A stretch of 64,000 bases of DNA from an uncultured Clostridia bacterium (GCA_934747965.1 CAKVHI010000003.1:74975-138974); one strand, 5' to 3'; positions 1-10,153 are shown, counted from the stretch's first letter. Numbers and translations: made by a program. Notes: generated from the letters alone by a model not told the origin.

Positions 1-1003
1 CATCTCTCATTCTTTCAAAAATAACAATGTTTGCATCAACTGCCATACCCAAACTTAAAATTATACCTGCAATACCCGCTAAAGTAAGTTGAACAAAAGG
101 TATTGCTTGCAAGAAAAACAACATTAAAATTGCATAAATTATTAAACTGAAATTAGCAATAAGTCCAAAATCTTTATAACGAACATACATTATAACAAAA
201 ATTAGCAACAAACCAACAACGCCACCAATAATAGCCCATTTCAAAGCATCTTTACCAAGGGTTGCACTTACATATTCATTTGAATATAGAGTTAATTCAA
301 CATCAAAAGTTCCGCTCATAATTTTGGTTGCATACTCTTGTGCTTCTTGATAAGTGCTCATGCCACCACTAATAAAGGTAGAGCCTGTTGAAATTGTTTC
401 TTTAACTTGTGCTTGAGAATAATATTGCCCGCCAATAAACATATATAAACTTCCATTAGAAGCCGAAAGTTCACTTGTCAAATTTTTAAATAAAATTGCC
501 CCTTCTTCAGTGAATTGAACAGAAACACCATACTCTCCGTTTTGCTGACCTGCAGAAACATTTTTTATATGCTTGCCTGTGATGACAGCTTCTGCCGTTT
601 CACTATTTTCTTTTTTAATTTCTAAACTTGCAGGCTCACCAATAAGATTTAAGATTTCTTCAGGGTCATCAACATCTGGCACTTCAACACGAATTTGTGT
701 GTTGTTAAGACCATTTCCTTGTTTAACAACAGTGGCTTCAGAAAAACCTTTGCTTGTTAGCAAACTAGAAATTCTTGTTATTGTTGCTTGCACTTGAGTG
801 TCAAAATTTGCCTCATTATCATCAATATTTTTAACATTATAAACGGCAAGAATCCCACCTTCAAGGTCAATACCAAGTTTTATTGACTTTGCAAAACCAT
901 TATAAGTGTAAATTCCAATATCAAAACTAAAAATGCTTAGAATCAAGCCAAATATAACCAAAACAGTAGTAACTATAAATTTAGTAATTGTTCTTTTTTT
1001 CAT
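1..1003 (-). CDS. secD: Protein translocase subunit SecD (possibly fused SecDF), N-terminal part; C-terminus lies beyond the window edge
   Basis: Own translation of the minus strand from ATG at 1003: MKKRTITKFIVTTVLVIFGL. It has one N-terminal TM, a periplasmic domain with IKLGIDLEGG (SecD LGLDLxGG motif), then TM helices. Adjacent to yajC-tgt-queA. Confidence 0.8.
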   Translation of the reverse strand, partial: MKKRTITKFIVTTVLVIFGLILSIFSFDIGIYTYNGFAKSIKLGIDLEGGILAVYNVKNIDDNEANFDTQVQATITRISSLLTSKGFSEATVVKQGNGLNNTQIRVEVPDVDDPEEILNLIGEPASLEIKKENSETAEAVITGKHIKNVSAGQQNGEYGVSVQFTEEGAILFKNLTSELSASNGSLYMFIGGQYYSQAQVKETISTGSTFISGGMSTYQEAQEYATKIMSGTFDVELTLYSNEYVSATLGKDALKWAIIGGVVGLLLIFVIMYVRYKDFGLIANFSLIIYAILMLFFLQAIPFVQLTLAGIAGIILSLGMAVDANIVIFERMRD

Positions 1004-1035
1004 TTTAGTGGTCAAAACTCCTTATTTTCTTTTAT

Positions 1036-1064
1036 ATTATAAATAAATAAAACTGTTTAGTCAA
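1036..1064 (-). promoter_or_regulatory. Sigma-A type promoter upstream of secD
   Basis: Minus strand TTGACT (1064-1059), 17 nt spacer, TATAAT (1041-1036). Confidence 0.5.
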
Positions 1065-1180
1065 CAAATTTAAGCAAAAGATAAATTTTTTATTGTTTTT
1101 TGAAATTATATTAAACAAAAAAAGATAAACTTTTTTTAAGTTTACCTTAGATTATTAACAAAAAAATAGAGTTTTACACC

Positions 1181-1582
1181 CTATTTTTTGCGAAAAATAT
1201 TGCAGATGATTGCACAAATAACACCAAGAGCAAGGCTAAATAACACATCAAAAATCAAACTTACTGAGAATTCAAATTTTCCATTTAATGCACTAAATAA
1301 AATGTAAGCCAAAATTGTGTAAACTACACCGATTAAAGCCCCTTTTAATAATGTTTTTTCGCCATCCTTTTTAAAAGCAAAAAAGCAACCACACAAAATT
1401 GACAAAACCTTTATTACCTGATTTATCGGCTTTATTAATCCATCACTTAAACTTGTAAGTTTGATTATAAAAGCGAACAATAAAATTGAAAGTAAACTTA
1501 CAATCAAAGCATTCATTGCACCTTTCAAAATTGTTAAAAAACTATTACTAGAATTTGCTATTCTTATTTTTTTTGTTCTCAT
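1181..1582 (-). CDS. Small integral membrane protein (about 4 TM), function unknown
   Basis: ORF track 1181..1615. AAGAGGGG SD lies directly before the internal ATG at 1582 (MRTKKIR...). Sequence is hydrophobic and helix-rich. Confidence 0.55.
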   Translation of the reverse strand: MRTKKIRIANSSNSFLTILKGAMNALIVSLLSILLFAFIIKLTSLSDGLIKPINQVIKVLSILCGCFFAFKKDGEKTLLKGALIGVVYTILAYILFSALNGKFEFSVSLIFDVLFSLALGVICAIICNIFRKK

Positions 1583-1690
1583 AAAACCCCTCTTACATAA
1601 TTTTATGATAAACATTATAAAATTAGAACAAAATTAAGACAAGCATTGAAATCAGAAAAATAATTAATTAAAATATCAACATATTAATTT

Positions 1691-1930
1691 TTAAAATGTT
1701 TTTTCATCTTTTGGCTTTTTCAAATCATTTTGTTTATCAACTTTTTCTTTCAAACAATTATAAATGAAATTTGCTTCTTCACTGGTATCGCAAATAATTA
1801 TATCTTTTTTACCATCTTTATAAAAAACAATAACAGAAAATTCGTAGTACACTTCACAATCTTCTAGTTTTATTTCTTTTATATTTGATATATTTTTTGC
1901 AACTTTTTCTATTCTATTTATATCCACCAT
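1691..1930 (-). CDS. Hypothetical protein, 79 aa
   Basis: ORF track 1691..1969. GAGGAGGG SD lies 5 nt before the ATG at 1930 (MVDINRIEK...). TTGATA-17-TATACT promoter upstream. Confidence 0.45.
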   Translation of the reverse strand: MVDINRIEKVAKNISNIKEIKLEDCEVYYEFSVIVFYKDGKKDIIICDTSEEANFIYNCLKEKVDKQNDLKKPKDEKTF

Positions 1931-2113
1931 ATTCACCCTCCTCAAATTATTGAGAATAGTATAACACAATTAAAAAACAATATCAATATTAAATTAAAAA
2001 TAATCTAATCTTATTTGTTGAAAAACAATCTCTTTTAAATTTTATTACAATTTAAAATTTTTAGTTTTAGGACCTAATTTGGCAAAAATTTAAAATTTAC
2101 AAAAAATCAATTC

Positions 2114-2138
2114 AAAAAAAGTGCCTTTAGGCACTTTT
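2114..2138 (-). terminator. Intrinsic terminator after yajC
   Basis: GTGCC-TTTA-GGCAC hairpin flanked by A7 and T4 runs, immediately after the yajC stop. Confidence 0.65.
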
Positions 2139-2140
2139 GA

Positions 2141-2596
2141 TTATTGTTTTTTAGAATTTGATTTTCTTTTTGGTTTATTTTCTGTTTCAACCTTTTCTTT
2201 CACATCAAAGGCTTCAGTTGCTTCTTCTTTGCTTTCTTCTTTAACATCAGATGCTGACATTGCTTCATCAACATCCACAACTTCTTCTTTATTGTCTACT
2301 GAATAAATACCTTCAATATTCATTTCAATATAACTAGATTTGTTTCCTTCCCCTGTTTTTATTAAAACAATTTTTCCGTCTGTTGTGTCTGTAATTTTTT
2401 CAATAGTACCATAGATAAAGGTTTTGGTTAAAACTTTAGAGCCAACTTTCAAATCGTTCAAAAGATTTTGTTGATTTTGCATATATTTTTTGTTTTTAAA
2501 ATAACTTAAAACAAACATTGCAACACAAGCAACAAGCAAAACTATAATCAAAATCAAATTTCCAATACCATTGCTATCTGCTAATAATAATTTCAT
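2141..2596 (-). CDS. yajC: Preprotein translocase subunit YajC with acidic/lysine-rich C-terminal tail
   Basis: One N-terminal TM followed by LKVGSKVLTKTFIYGTIEKI (YajC-like GDxVxTxGGIxG region). Located between tgt and secD. Confidence 0.7.
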   Translation of the reverse strand: MKLLLADSNGIGNLILIIVLLVACVAMFVLSYFKNKKYMQNQQNLLNDLKVGSKVLTKTFIYGTIEKITDTTDGKIVLIKTGEGNKSSYIEMNIEGIYSVDNKEEVVDVDEAMSASDVKEESKEEATEAFDVKEKVETENKPKRKSNSKKQ

Positions 2597-2665
2597 AATT
2601 CACTCCTTTTAATATGTTTATTTTATCAAAAAAATATTGTTTCTCCAATCAAATAATCAAAATAT

Positions 2666-3808
<1,143 letters not shown>

Positions 3809-3873
3809 TTAATATTTCTTTCAAATCTCTGTTAAATTCTTTACAAAAATACAAATTTAACTACATAAAATGT

Positions 3874-4929
3874 TTATAACAACAAGCATGCATCTCCAAA
3901 ACTAAAAAATCTATATTTTTCTTTGACTGCAACGCTGTAGAAATTTAATGTTTCTTCTATTCCACAAAATGCTGAAACAAGCATAACTAGCGTGCTTTCT
4001 GGAAGATGAAAATTTGTTATTAATTTTTTAACGATTTTAAATTCATAGCCGGGATAAATAAAGATATTAGTATTACCTTTCCCCGCTTTAACAAACCATT
4101 TATCCCCTATTTTTTCGGTACTACTTTCCAATGTTCTTACACTTGTTGTGCCAACAGCAAAAACACGCCTATTTTCACTTATTGCATCGTTAATAATTTT
4201 GGCACTTTCTTCACTAATTTCGTAATATTCACTGTGCATATCATGTTTTAGAATATTATCTTCACTCACTGGTCTAAATGTTCCCAAACCAACATGCAGT
4301 AAAACATTTACAATTATAACGCCTTTACTTTTTAATCTTTCAAGCAATTCGTTTGTAAAATGAAGCCCTGCGGTTGGTGCCGCACTCGAGCCTTTTGTTT
4401 TTGAATAAACAGTTTGGTAGCGTTCCTTATCATTAAGTTTTTCGTGAATATAAGGAGGTAGTGGCATTGTGCCAACTTTGTCAAGTTCTTCTTCAAAAAC
4501 TCCGCTTTTGCAGTTAAATTCAACCTCTCCTATCCCCATTTCGCCTTTGCTTGTAACAACACAAGAAAAAGTATCTGAAAATTTAATTTCAGAGCCTATC
4601 TTCGCCTTTTTTGCGGGTTTTAATAACACTTCAAACTTGTTTTGTTCAAGTTTTTTAAGCAAAAAAACTTCAATTTTTGCATTAGTTTCAACTTTTGTTC
4701 CAATTAGCCTAGCAGGTATAACTCTTGTGTTGTTTACAACCAAAACATCTCCACTTTTAAGATAAGATTCAATATCAAAAAAATGTTTGTGCTCAATCTT
4801 TTTTGTTTTTCTATCATAAACCAACATTCTGCTGTGGTCCCTGGGTTCAACGGGAGTTTGTGCAATCAATTCTTCTGGCAAATTATAAAAATATGTTTCT
4901 TTTTTATATATTTCGTTATTATCAATCAT
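3874..4929 (-). CDS. queA: S-adenosylmethionine:tRNA ribosyltransferase-isomerase
   Basis: 351 aa. NNTRVIPARL and GTTSVRTLES motifs. Adjacent to tgt. Confidence 0.95.
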   Translation of the reverse strand: MIDNNEIYKKETYFYNLPEELIAQTPVEPRDHSRMLVYDRKTKKIEHKHFFDIESYLKSGDVLVVNNTRVIPARLIGTKVETNAKIEVFLLKKLEQNKFEVLLKPAKKAKIGSEIKFSDTFSCVVTSKGEMGIGEVEFNCKSGVFEEELDKVGTMPLPPYIHEKLNDKERYQTVYSKTKGSSAAPTAGLHFTNELLERLKSKGVIIVNVLLHVGLGTFRPVSEDNILKHDMHSEYYEISEESAKIINDAISENRRVFAVGTTSVRTLESSTEKIGDKWFVKAGKGNTNIFIYPGYEFKIVKKLITNFHLPESTLVMLVSAFCGIEETLNFYSVAVKEKYRFFSFGDACLLL

Positions 4930-4930
4930 A

Positions 4931-5971
4931 TTAGTCTTCTTCTTTTTTTATCGTTTCAAGTTCGTTCTTTTTTTCTTCACTCAAATTTTTATTTAGATGT
5001 TCATACGCAAGGGGCAAACAAACTCTTCCCCTTGGTGTTCTTGCAATAAATCCCATTTGTAACAAATAAGGCTCATAAACATCTTCAATAGTCGTTGATT
5101 CTTCGTTTGTTGAAGCAGACAAAGTGTCAAGTCCAACAGGTCCACCATTAAATTTGTCTATCATAACTTCCAAAATTCTTCTGTCGGTGTAATCAAGACC
5201 ATATTCATCAACTTCCAAAAGGTCTAAACTTCTTTTGGCAATATCAAGTGTTATTCTGTCGCTGTTTTCAACCAAAGCAAAATCTCTAATTCGCTTCAAA
5301 AGCCTATTTGCAATTCTTGGCGTACCTCTGCTTCGTTTTGCCAAACATAAACATGCATCTTCATCAATTTTAACATTCAAAATAGCACTTGAACGCATTA
5401 TAATTTTTTGAAGTTCTTCACTCGTATACATTTCAAGCCTAGCAATAACACCAAACCTATCTCTAAGCGGTGCTGTTAAATTTCCAGCCTTGGTTGTTGC
5501 ACCAATTAAAGTGAATGGTTGAATTTTCAATCTCATCGCTCTTGCACTTGGACCTTTTCCAACAACAAAATCAAGAGCATAATCTTCCATGGCAGGATAT
5601 AAAATTTCTTCAACACTTCGGTTAAGCCTGTGAATTTCGTCAATAAACAAAACATCATTTTTGCTTAGGTTTGTTAAAATACTTGCAAGGTCTGCCGCAC
5701 TTTCTATGGCAGGACCACTTGTAATTTTTATTTGACTTCCAAGCTCATTTGCAATTATATGTGAAAGTGTTGTTTTGCCCAGCCCCGGAGGTCCGTACAA
5801 AAGTACATGGTCAAGAGCCTCATCTCTTGCTTTAGCGGCCTTTATAAAAACTCGCAAGTTGTTCTTTATTTTTTCTTGACCCACATAATCGTCTAAATTT
5901 GTTGGTCTTAACTTATTTTCAACTTCAAGTTCGCTTTCATTTTTTGTGCTTGTAATAAATCTTTCTTCCAT
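4931..5971 (-). CDS. ruvB: Holliday junction branch migration helicase RuvB
   Basis: 346 aa. Walker [11 protein letters not shown] and the FIDEIHRL motif. Confidence 0.97.
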   Translation of the reverse strand: MEERFITSTKNESELEVENKLRPTNLDDYVGQEKIKNNLRVFIKAAKARDEALDHVLLYGPPGLGKTTLSHIIANELGSQIKITSGPAIESAADLASILTNLSKNDVLFIDEIHRLNRSVEEILYPAMEDYALDFVVGKGPSARAMRLKIQPFTLIGATTKAGNLTAPLRDRFGVIARLEMYTSEELQKIIMRSSAILNVKIDEDACLCLAKRSRGTPRIANRLLKRIRDFALVENSDRITLDIAKRSLDLLEVDEYGLDYTDRRILEVMIDKFNGGPVGLDTLSASTNEESTTIEDVYEPYLLQMGFIARTPRGRVCLPLAYEHLNKNLSEEKKNELETIKKEED

Positions 5972-5972
5972 A

Positions 5973-6572
5973 CTACCTACTCAAATTTTTCAATATTTTT
6001 TCTATTAACATTTCTGTGCTATCGCCATCAAAATAGTTTTCTCTTATCTTTTTAACAGCATCACTTTTGCTTAAACCAAGGGCAATTAATGCCATAATTG
6101 TGTCCTCAATCACATTGTTTTTCAAATCAAGACTAATGGTGTTATCAAACACACTACCTTGCTCACTCATGCTTGTGTTCACTTTTTCTTTAAGTTCCAA
6201 AATAATTCTTTCTGCTGTTTTTTTGCCAACACCTTTAAACTTAGAAAGCATAGCACTATCTTCACACACAATCGCTGTTATAATATCGGTCAAACTTGCG
6301 CCACCCAAAATTGTGATTGCCATTTTAGGGCCAACACCACTAACCGTAATCAATTTTAAAAATAATTCCTTTTCTTGCTTAGTTGAAAATCCGAACAAAA
6401 ATATACCGTCATCTCTTACCTGCATATATGTGAATAGTTCACATTCTGTTTTGTTTGAAATAGATAAATTTGTGTTTAAAGAAATGTTAACTTCATAACC
6501 TATACCCCCAACTTCCAAAACAACTAGGTTTTCAGTTTTATCAATTATTTTACCCTTTAAATATGCTATCAT
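5973..6572 (-). CDS. ruvA: Holliday junction DNA helicase RuvA
   Basis: 199 aa. [10 protein letters not shown]-terminus and HhH region SGVGPKMA. Sits upstream of ruvB. Confidence 0.93.
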   Translation of the reverse strand: MIAYLKGKIIDKTENLVVLEVGGIGYEVNISLNTNLSISNKTECELFTYMQVRDDGIFLFGFSTKQEKELFLKLITVSGVGPKMAITILGGASLTDIITAIVCEDSAMLSKFKGVGKKTAERIILELKEKVNTSMSEQGSVFDNTISLDLKNNVIEDTIMALIALGLSKSDAVKKIRENYFDGDSTEMLIEKILKNLSR

Positions 6573-6652
6573 TTTTACCTCTTAAAAATTTTTAACTTAA
6601 TTTTTATGTGTTAAATAAATTTATTTATAATTTTTGTGTTAAGAAACAAAAT

Positions 6653-7144
6653 TTAGTACTTAAAATTGCCTATTATTTGATTTGTTTGACTATGACAAAG
6701 TGCAACTGCCAAAGCGTCTGCCGCATCATCGGGTTTAGGAATTTGATTTAAGTTTAAAATTGCTTTGACCATATATTGCACTTGTGCTTTTTCTGCCCTG
6801 CCTTGCCCAGTCAAAGCCTGCTTAATTTGAAGAGGGGTGTATTCAAACAAATTTCCAAGTTTTTTTTTGCCTCTTTCAACAATAACACCTCTTGCCATGG
6901 CAACATTGATTGCAGTTTTTTGATTGTTTTGAAAAAATAATTCTTCAAGTGCCATACAATCTGGTTTAAACTTATCAATCAAATAATCTATCCCGTCAGC
7001 AATCTGAACAAGTCTAGTTGGAAAATCAGTGTCTTTATCTGTGGTTATCACACCATAATCAAGACATCTAATTTGACTTTGATTTTTTTCTATAACACCA
7101 AATCCAACAATCGCATATCCGGGGTCAATTCCTAAAATTACCAT
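6653..7144 (-). CDS. ruvC: Crossover junction endodeoxyribonuclease RuvC
   Basis: 163 aa. ILGIDPGYAIVGFG N-terminal catalytic Asp motif and C-terminal DAADALAVALCH. Confidence 0.93.
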   Translation of the reverse strand: MVILGIDPGYAIVGFGVIEKNQSQIRCLDYGVITTDKDTDFPTRLVQIADGIDYLIDKFKPDCMALEELFFQNNQKTAINVAMARGVIVERGKKKLGNLFEYTPLQIKQALTGQGRAEKAQVQYMVKAILNLNQIPKPDDAADALAVALCHSQTNQIIGNFKY

Positions 7145-7150
7145 GGTTAT

Positions 7151-7179
7151 ATTATATATAATAAATAAAAATTAGTCAA
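7151..7179 (-). promoter_or_regulatory. Consensus sigma-A promoter placed 6 nt from the ruvC ATG (leaderless arrangement)
   Basis: Minus strand TTGACT (7179-7174), 17 nt, TATAAT (7156-7151), then ATAACC, then ATG at 7144. No SD. Confidence 0.6.
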
Positions 7180-7265
7180 TCATTTATAGTTATAAAAATT
7201 TCAAACAAAACTACCTTGGTTAAAACAATACTCTTTTTAAAACTTGCACATAAAAACTTTTAGCA

Positions 7266-7309
7266 TAAAAAAACTCGTATATTTCTGATTTAACCGAAAA
7301 TATACAAGT
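7266..7309 (-). terminator. Intrinsic terminator after the surface-protein gene
   Basis: Minus strand ACTTGTATATTT...AAATATACGAGT stem (11 of 12 bp) followed by T7. Confidence 0.6.
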
Positions 7310-7336
7310 TTTTAAATTTTATTTTCTATTCTGCTT

Positions 7337-9142
7337 TTATTTTATTACCAAGTTAACAGTAGTGTCAAAATTCGTGCTTTCACTCAAAGTTTGTTTTGTT
7401 GCAACATTTCCATCTATCAAAAAATTATTACTAATTATCAATGTGCTTCCAGTTGGATTGTTGCTGAAAGTGTTACTGAACATGTCAAGCATGTTGAACG
7501 AATCCTCCACGCCAGTTGTGTTAAAATTTGATAAATCAAGCGAGGTTAAAGATGAACAACCAGAAAACATATAACTCATCATAGTAACATTTGAAGTGTT
7601 AAAATTCGAAATGCTTAACGAGGTTAATGCTGAACAACCCATAAACATATATTGAACATCCGTTACTTTTGATGTGTCAAAACTAGATATATTTATATTT
7701 TGTAAACTACTACATTCACCAAACATACTACTCATATCAGTAACATTTGAAGTGTTGAAATTTGATAAGTTTAGAGATGTTAAAGAAGGACAAGCTCTAA
7801 ACATATAACCCATACTCGAAACATTTGAGGTACTGAAACTTGAAACATCAAGCGAAGTCAAAAATGAACACCATCCAAACATAGAATTCATATCAGTAAC
7901 ATTTGAAGTGTCAAAATTTGATAAGTCTATAGAAGTTAAAGACGAACAGCTGTTAAACATTCCACCCATTCCCGTAACATTTGAGGTATTGAAACTTGAA
8001 ACATCAAGCGAAGTCAAAGATGAACAACTAGAGAACATACTACCCATTTCCGTAACATTTGAGGTATTGAAACTTGATAAGTCTAAAGATGTTAATGATG
8101 AACAATTATTAAACATCAAATACATTTCTTTTACACTTGATGTATTAAATCCAGAAAGGTCAAGTGTTTTCAACTCAATACATCCATCAAACATCCCAGT
8201 CATATTTTCTACATTTGATGTGTTAAAATTCTTAAATTCAATTTTTTTCATATTTTTGCAATCTTGAAATAAATTATAACAATCAAATGCCATGATTGTT
8301 TTTTCACTCACAAAAGCAATATCAGTGTCTGATTTTTTCCAAATTTCAAGTTTTCCTTTATCGTTGTCTGCAAGGTTTACATCTAAGTCTGTGGTTAATG
8401 CGCTATCTTTTGTGTACCCTGTCAAATTTGTTGTGTCTGATTTGAAATAAAATCCTAGACTTGTTAAACTTTTACGGTTCGTAACAACCGAGGGAAAATA
8501 AAAAGAACAATTAACCTTTGGATATAGCGCTGAGTAGGCATCTTCTTCGCTTAAATTTGCTTGCTGTATGGCAAAAATTTTGCATGAAACCGTTGTTGAG
8601 CCTTGCCCGCTAAAGTTTTCATCTATTTTAGCTGATATTGTAAGGCTGTGAGCGTTTGCGTCCCCTGCTGATAGTTTTCCAACTTTTATTGTCCCTGTTT
8701 CGGATGTTTTAAGGTTTTTTATTGTTGTTTCGTTATTCACATAGATGTCTGTTCCGTTTTGGCTGTAATAAAAAGCATCTTCAAAAACCCCTTTTGAATC
8801 GTAAAGCCAAATTAGGTAGTATGCGGGCTCACTGTTATTCTCTAAACCTACAGTTAGGTTTAAGTCAACTATATCGCCGGGCATATATTTGCCTGTCCAA
8901 GTGGAATCGTTATTCTTTTTTCGTGCGGTGTCAAATATCAACTTACTTGTTGATGTTGTTACTCCGTCCCCTTCAACTCCACCGCTTACTTTAAGTTTTA
9001 TATTTCCAAAATCTAGTGTTCCGCTATATTCTTTTTTATCTTGAAAATATGCTAGGGTTAAAACAAAAGATGATATAACTACTAGTAATATTAGTGCTAG
9101 TATCATTGTTTTTACGCTCTTACTTAATCTTTTTGTTTTCAT
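7337..9142 (-). CDS. Secreted surface protein with SipW/TasA-type signal peptide, camelysin-like N-domain and about 10 DUF285/BspA-type leucine-rich repeats
   Basis: ORF track 7337..9160. GGAGG lies 11 nt before the ATG at 9142. N-terminus is MKTKRLSKSVKTMILALILLVV...TLAYFQDKKEYSGTLDFG. The repeated 25-aa unit is CSSLTSLDLSxFNTSNVTxMxxMF. Confidence 0.8.
   Translation of the reverse strand: MKTKRLSKSVKTMILALILLVVISSFVLTLAYFQDKKEYSGTLDFGNIKLKVSGGVEGDGVTTSTSKLIFDTARKKNNDSTWTGKYMPGDIVDLNLTVGLENNSEPAYYLIWLYDSKGVFEDAFYYSQNGTDIYVNNETTIKNLKTSETGTIKVGKLSAGDANAHSLTISAKIDENFSGQGSTTVSCKIFAIQQANLSEEDAYSALYPKVNCSFYFPSVVTNRKSLTSLGFYFKSDTTNLTGYTKDSALTTDLDVNLADNDKGKLEIWKKSDTDIAFVSEKTIMAFDCYNLFQDCKNMKKIEFKNFNTSNVENMTGMFDGCIELKTLDLSGFNTSSVKEMYLMFNNCSSLTSLDLSSFNTSNVTEMGSMFSSCSSLTSLDVSSFNTSNVTGMGGMFNSCSSLTSIDLSNFDTSNVTDMNSMFGWCSFLTSLDVSSFSTSNVSSMGYMFRACPSLTSLNLSNFNTSNVTDMSSMFGECSSLQNINISSFDTSKVTDVQYMFMGCSALTSLSISNFNTSNVTMMSYMFSGCSSLTSLDLSNFNTTGVEDSFNMLDMFSNTFSNNPTGSTLIISNNFLIDGNVATKQTLSESTNFDTTVNLVIK
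7480..8245 (-). repeat. Intragenic tandem 75-nt (25-aa) repeats, about 10 units
   Basis: Repeated FNTSNVT..MF..C.SL units. Some nucleotide stretches are near-identical (e.g. cttgaaacatcaagcgaagtcaaa near 7841 and 7991). Confidence 0.85.
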
Positions 9143-9221
9143 TAAAAAATCAACCTCCATTTTGGTTGACCTTTTTATTTTTTTATTGGTTAAAAGTGAA
9201 AATTCTCCACCTTAACCTTAC

Positions 9222-9256
9222 TGTGGTCAACCGCAAGTGTGGTCAACCGCAAGTGT
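9222..9256 (-). repeat. Exact tandem duplication of a GC-rich 16-mer in the surface-protein leader
   Basis: Plus strand TGTGGTCAACCGCAAG occurs twice, plus a partial TGT. On the minus strand the unit reads CTTGCGGTTGACCACA. Confidence 0.9.
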
Positions 9257-9271
9257 TTCGTTTCTGTATTA

Positions 9272-9289
9272 GTTTGTGATAGCACAAAC
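9272..9289. promoter_or_regulatory. Perfect palindrome GTTTGTG-N4-CACAAAC (operator or 5' hairpin)
   Basis: 7-bp arms with a 4-nt centre, just downstream of the candidate promoter. Confidence 0.4.
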
Positions 9290-9306
9290 TCTATTATCCA
9301 TTAAAA

Positions 9307-9336
9307 ATTCTGCCATTTTTAGGGTTATTGTGTCAA
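9307..9336 (-). promoter_or_regulatory. Candidate promoter of the surface-protein gene
   Basis: Minus strand TTGACA (9336-9331), 18 nt including TGg, then CAGAAT (9312-9307). Confidence 0.4.
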
Positions 9337-9385
9337 GCGTTTTTGAATAATTTTTCAAATTTTTTTATTTTCTTTATTGAAAGTG

Positions 9386-9415
9386 CCTGTGTCACCCTGT
9401 GGCACGCTGTGGCAC
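9386..9415. repeat. Three tandem 10-nt GC-rich units
   Basis: CCTGTGTCAC, CCTGTGGCAC, GCTGTGGCAC directly downstream of the yebC stop. Each unit has a TGTG-N-CAC internal dyad. Confidence 0.85.
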
Positions 9416-9430
9416 AACAATTTTATTGAA

Positions 9431-10153
9431 TTATAAGTTTACATTATGGTAAACATCTTGAACATCGTCATTATCTTCCAAACTATCAATCATTTTTTCA
9501 AAACTTTCTTGTTGTTTTTCTTCCAAATCAATATAACTGTTTGGAACAAGTTCTATGTTTGCACTTAAAAATTTAACACCTTTGCCTTGCAAAGCTTCTT
9601 GAACAGCATTAAATTTGTCTTGAGATGAATAAACTTCAAACACTTCGCCCTCATCAACAACATCATCGGCTTCAGCTTCTATAGCCCATTCAAAAAGTTG
9701 GTCTTCACTCAAATTATCTGTTTTTTCAATAACAAAAACGCCCTTTCTTTCAAACATGAAAGAAACACAGCCTGATTGCCCCAAACTTCCACCAAACTTA
9801 TCGAAAATATGTCGGATATCGCCCGCTGCACGATTTTTGTTGTCTGTTAACACATTAACAATAACAGCACTACCACCAATACCATAGCCTTCATAAGTTA
9901 TTTCTTCATAATTTCCGCCACCAAGTTCGCCAGCCGCTTTTTTAATTGACCTTTGAATGTTGTCATTTGGCATATTATTGTTTCTTGCTTTAACAATCAA
10001 GTTGTATAGTTTTGGATTAGAATTTGGGTCGCTTCCACCCATTTTAACAGCAACAGCAATTTCTTTGCCTATTTTAGTAAAAACTTTGCCTCTTTGTGCA
10101 TCCATTTTTTCTTTTGTGTGTTTTATGTTATTAAATTTACTATGTCCACTCAT
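9431..10153 (-). CDS. yebC: YebC/PmpR family DNA-binding transcriptional regulator
   Basis: 240 aa. MSGHSKFNNIKHTKEK N-terminus is typical of the family. TTGACA-17-TATAAT promoter and AAGAGGA SD upstream. Confidence 0.9.
   Translation of the reverse strand: MSGHSKFNNIKHTKEKMDAQRGKVFTKIGKEIAVAVKMGGSDPNSNPKLYNLIVKARNNNMPNDNIQRSIKKAAGELGGGNYEEITYEGYGIGGSAVIVNVLTDNKNRAAGDIRHIFDKFGGSLGQSGCVSFMFERKGVFVIEKTDNLSEDQLFEWAIEAEADDVVDEGEVFEVYSSQDKFNAVQEALQGKGVKFLSANIELVPNSYIDLEEKQQESFEKMIDSLEDNDDVQDVYHNVNL

Noticed and set aside
7480-8245. Regular 75-nt periodicity that could be mistaken for a CRISPR-like or satellite array
   Set aside because: The periodicity lies entirely inside one intact reading frame encoding 25-aa leucine-rich repeats. 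There is no repeat-spacer alternation.
9094-9279. 61-aa plus-strand ORF spanning the 16-mer tandem repeat
   Set aside because: It is antisense to the 5' end and leader of the surface-protein gene. It has no SD, and the repeat would be translated as an arbitrary sequence.
9396-9420. Sigma-54-like TGGCAC motifs in the 10-nt repeats
   Set aside because: The -12 element TTGC is absent at the required spacing (TGGCAC-gctgt-GGCAC). The orientation points into the 3' end of yebC.
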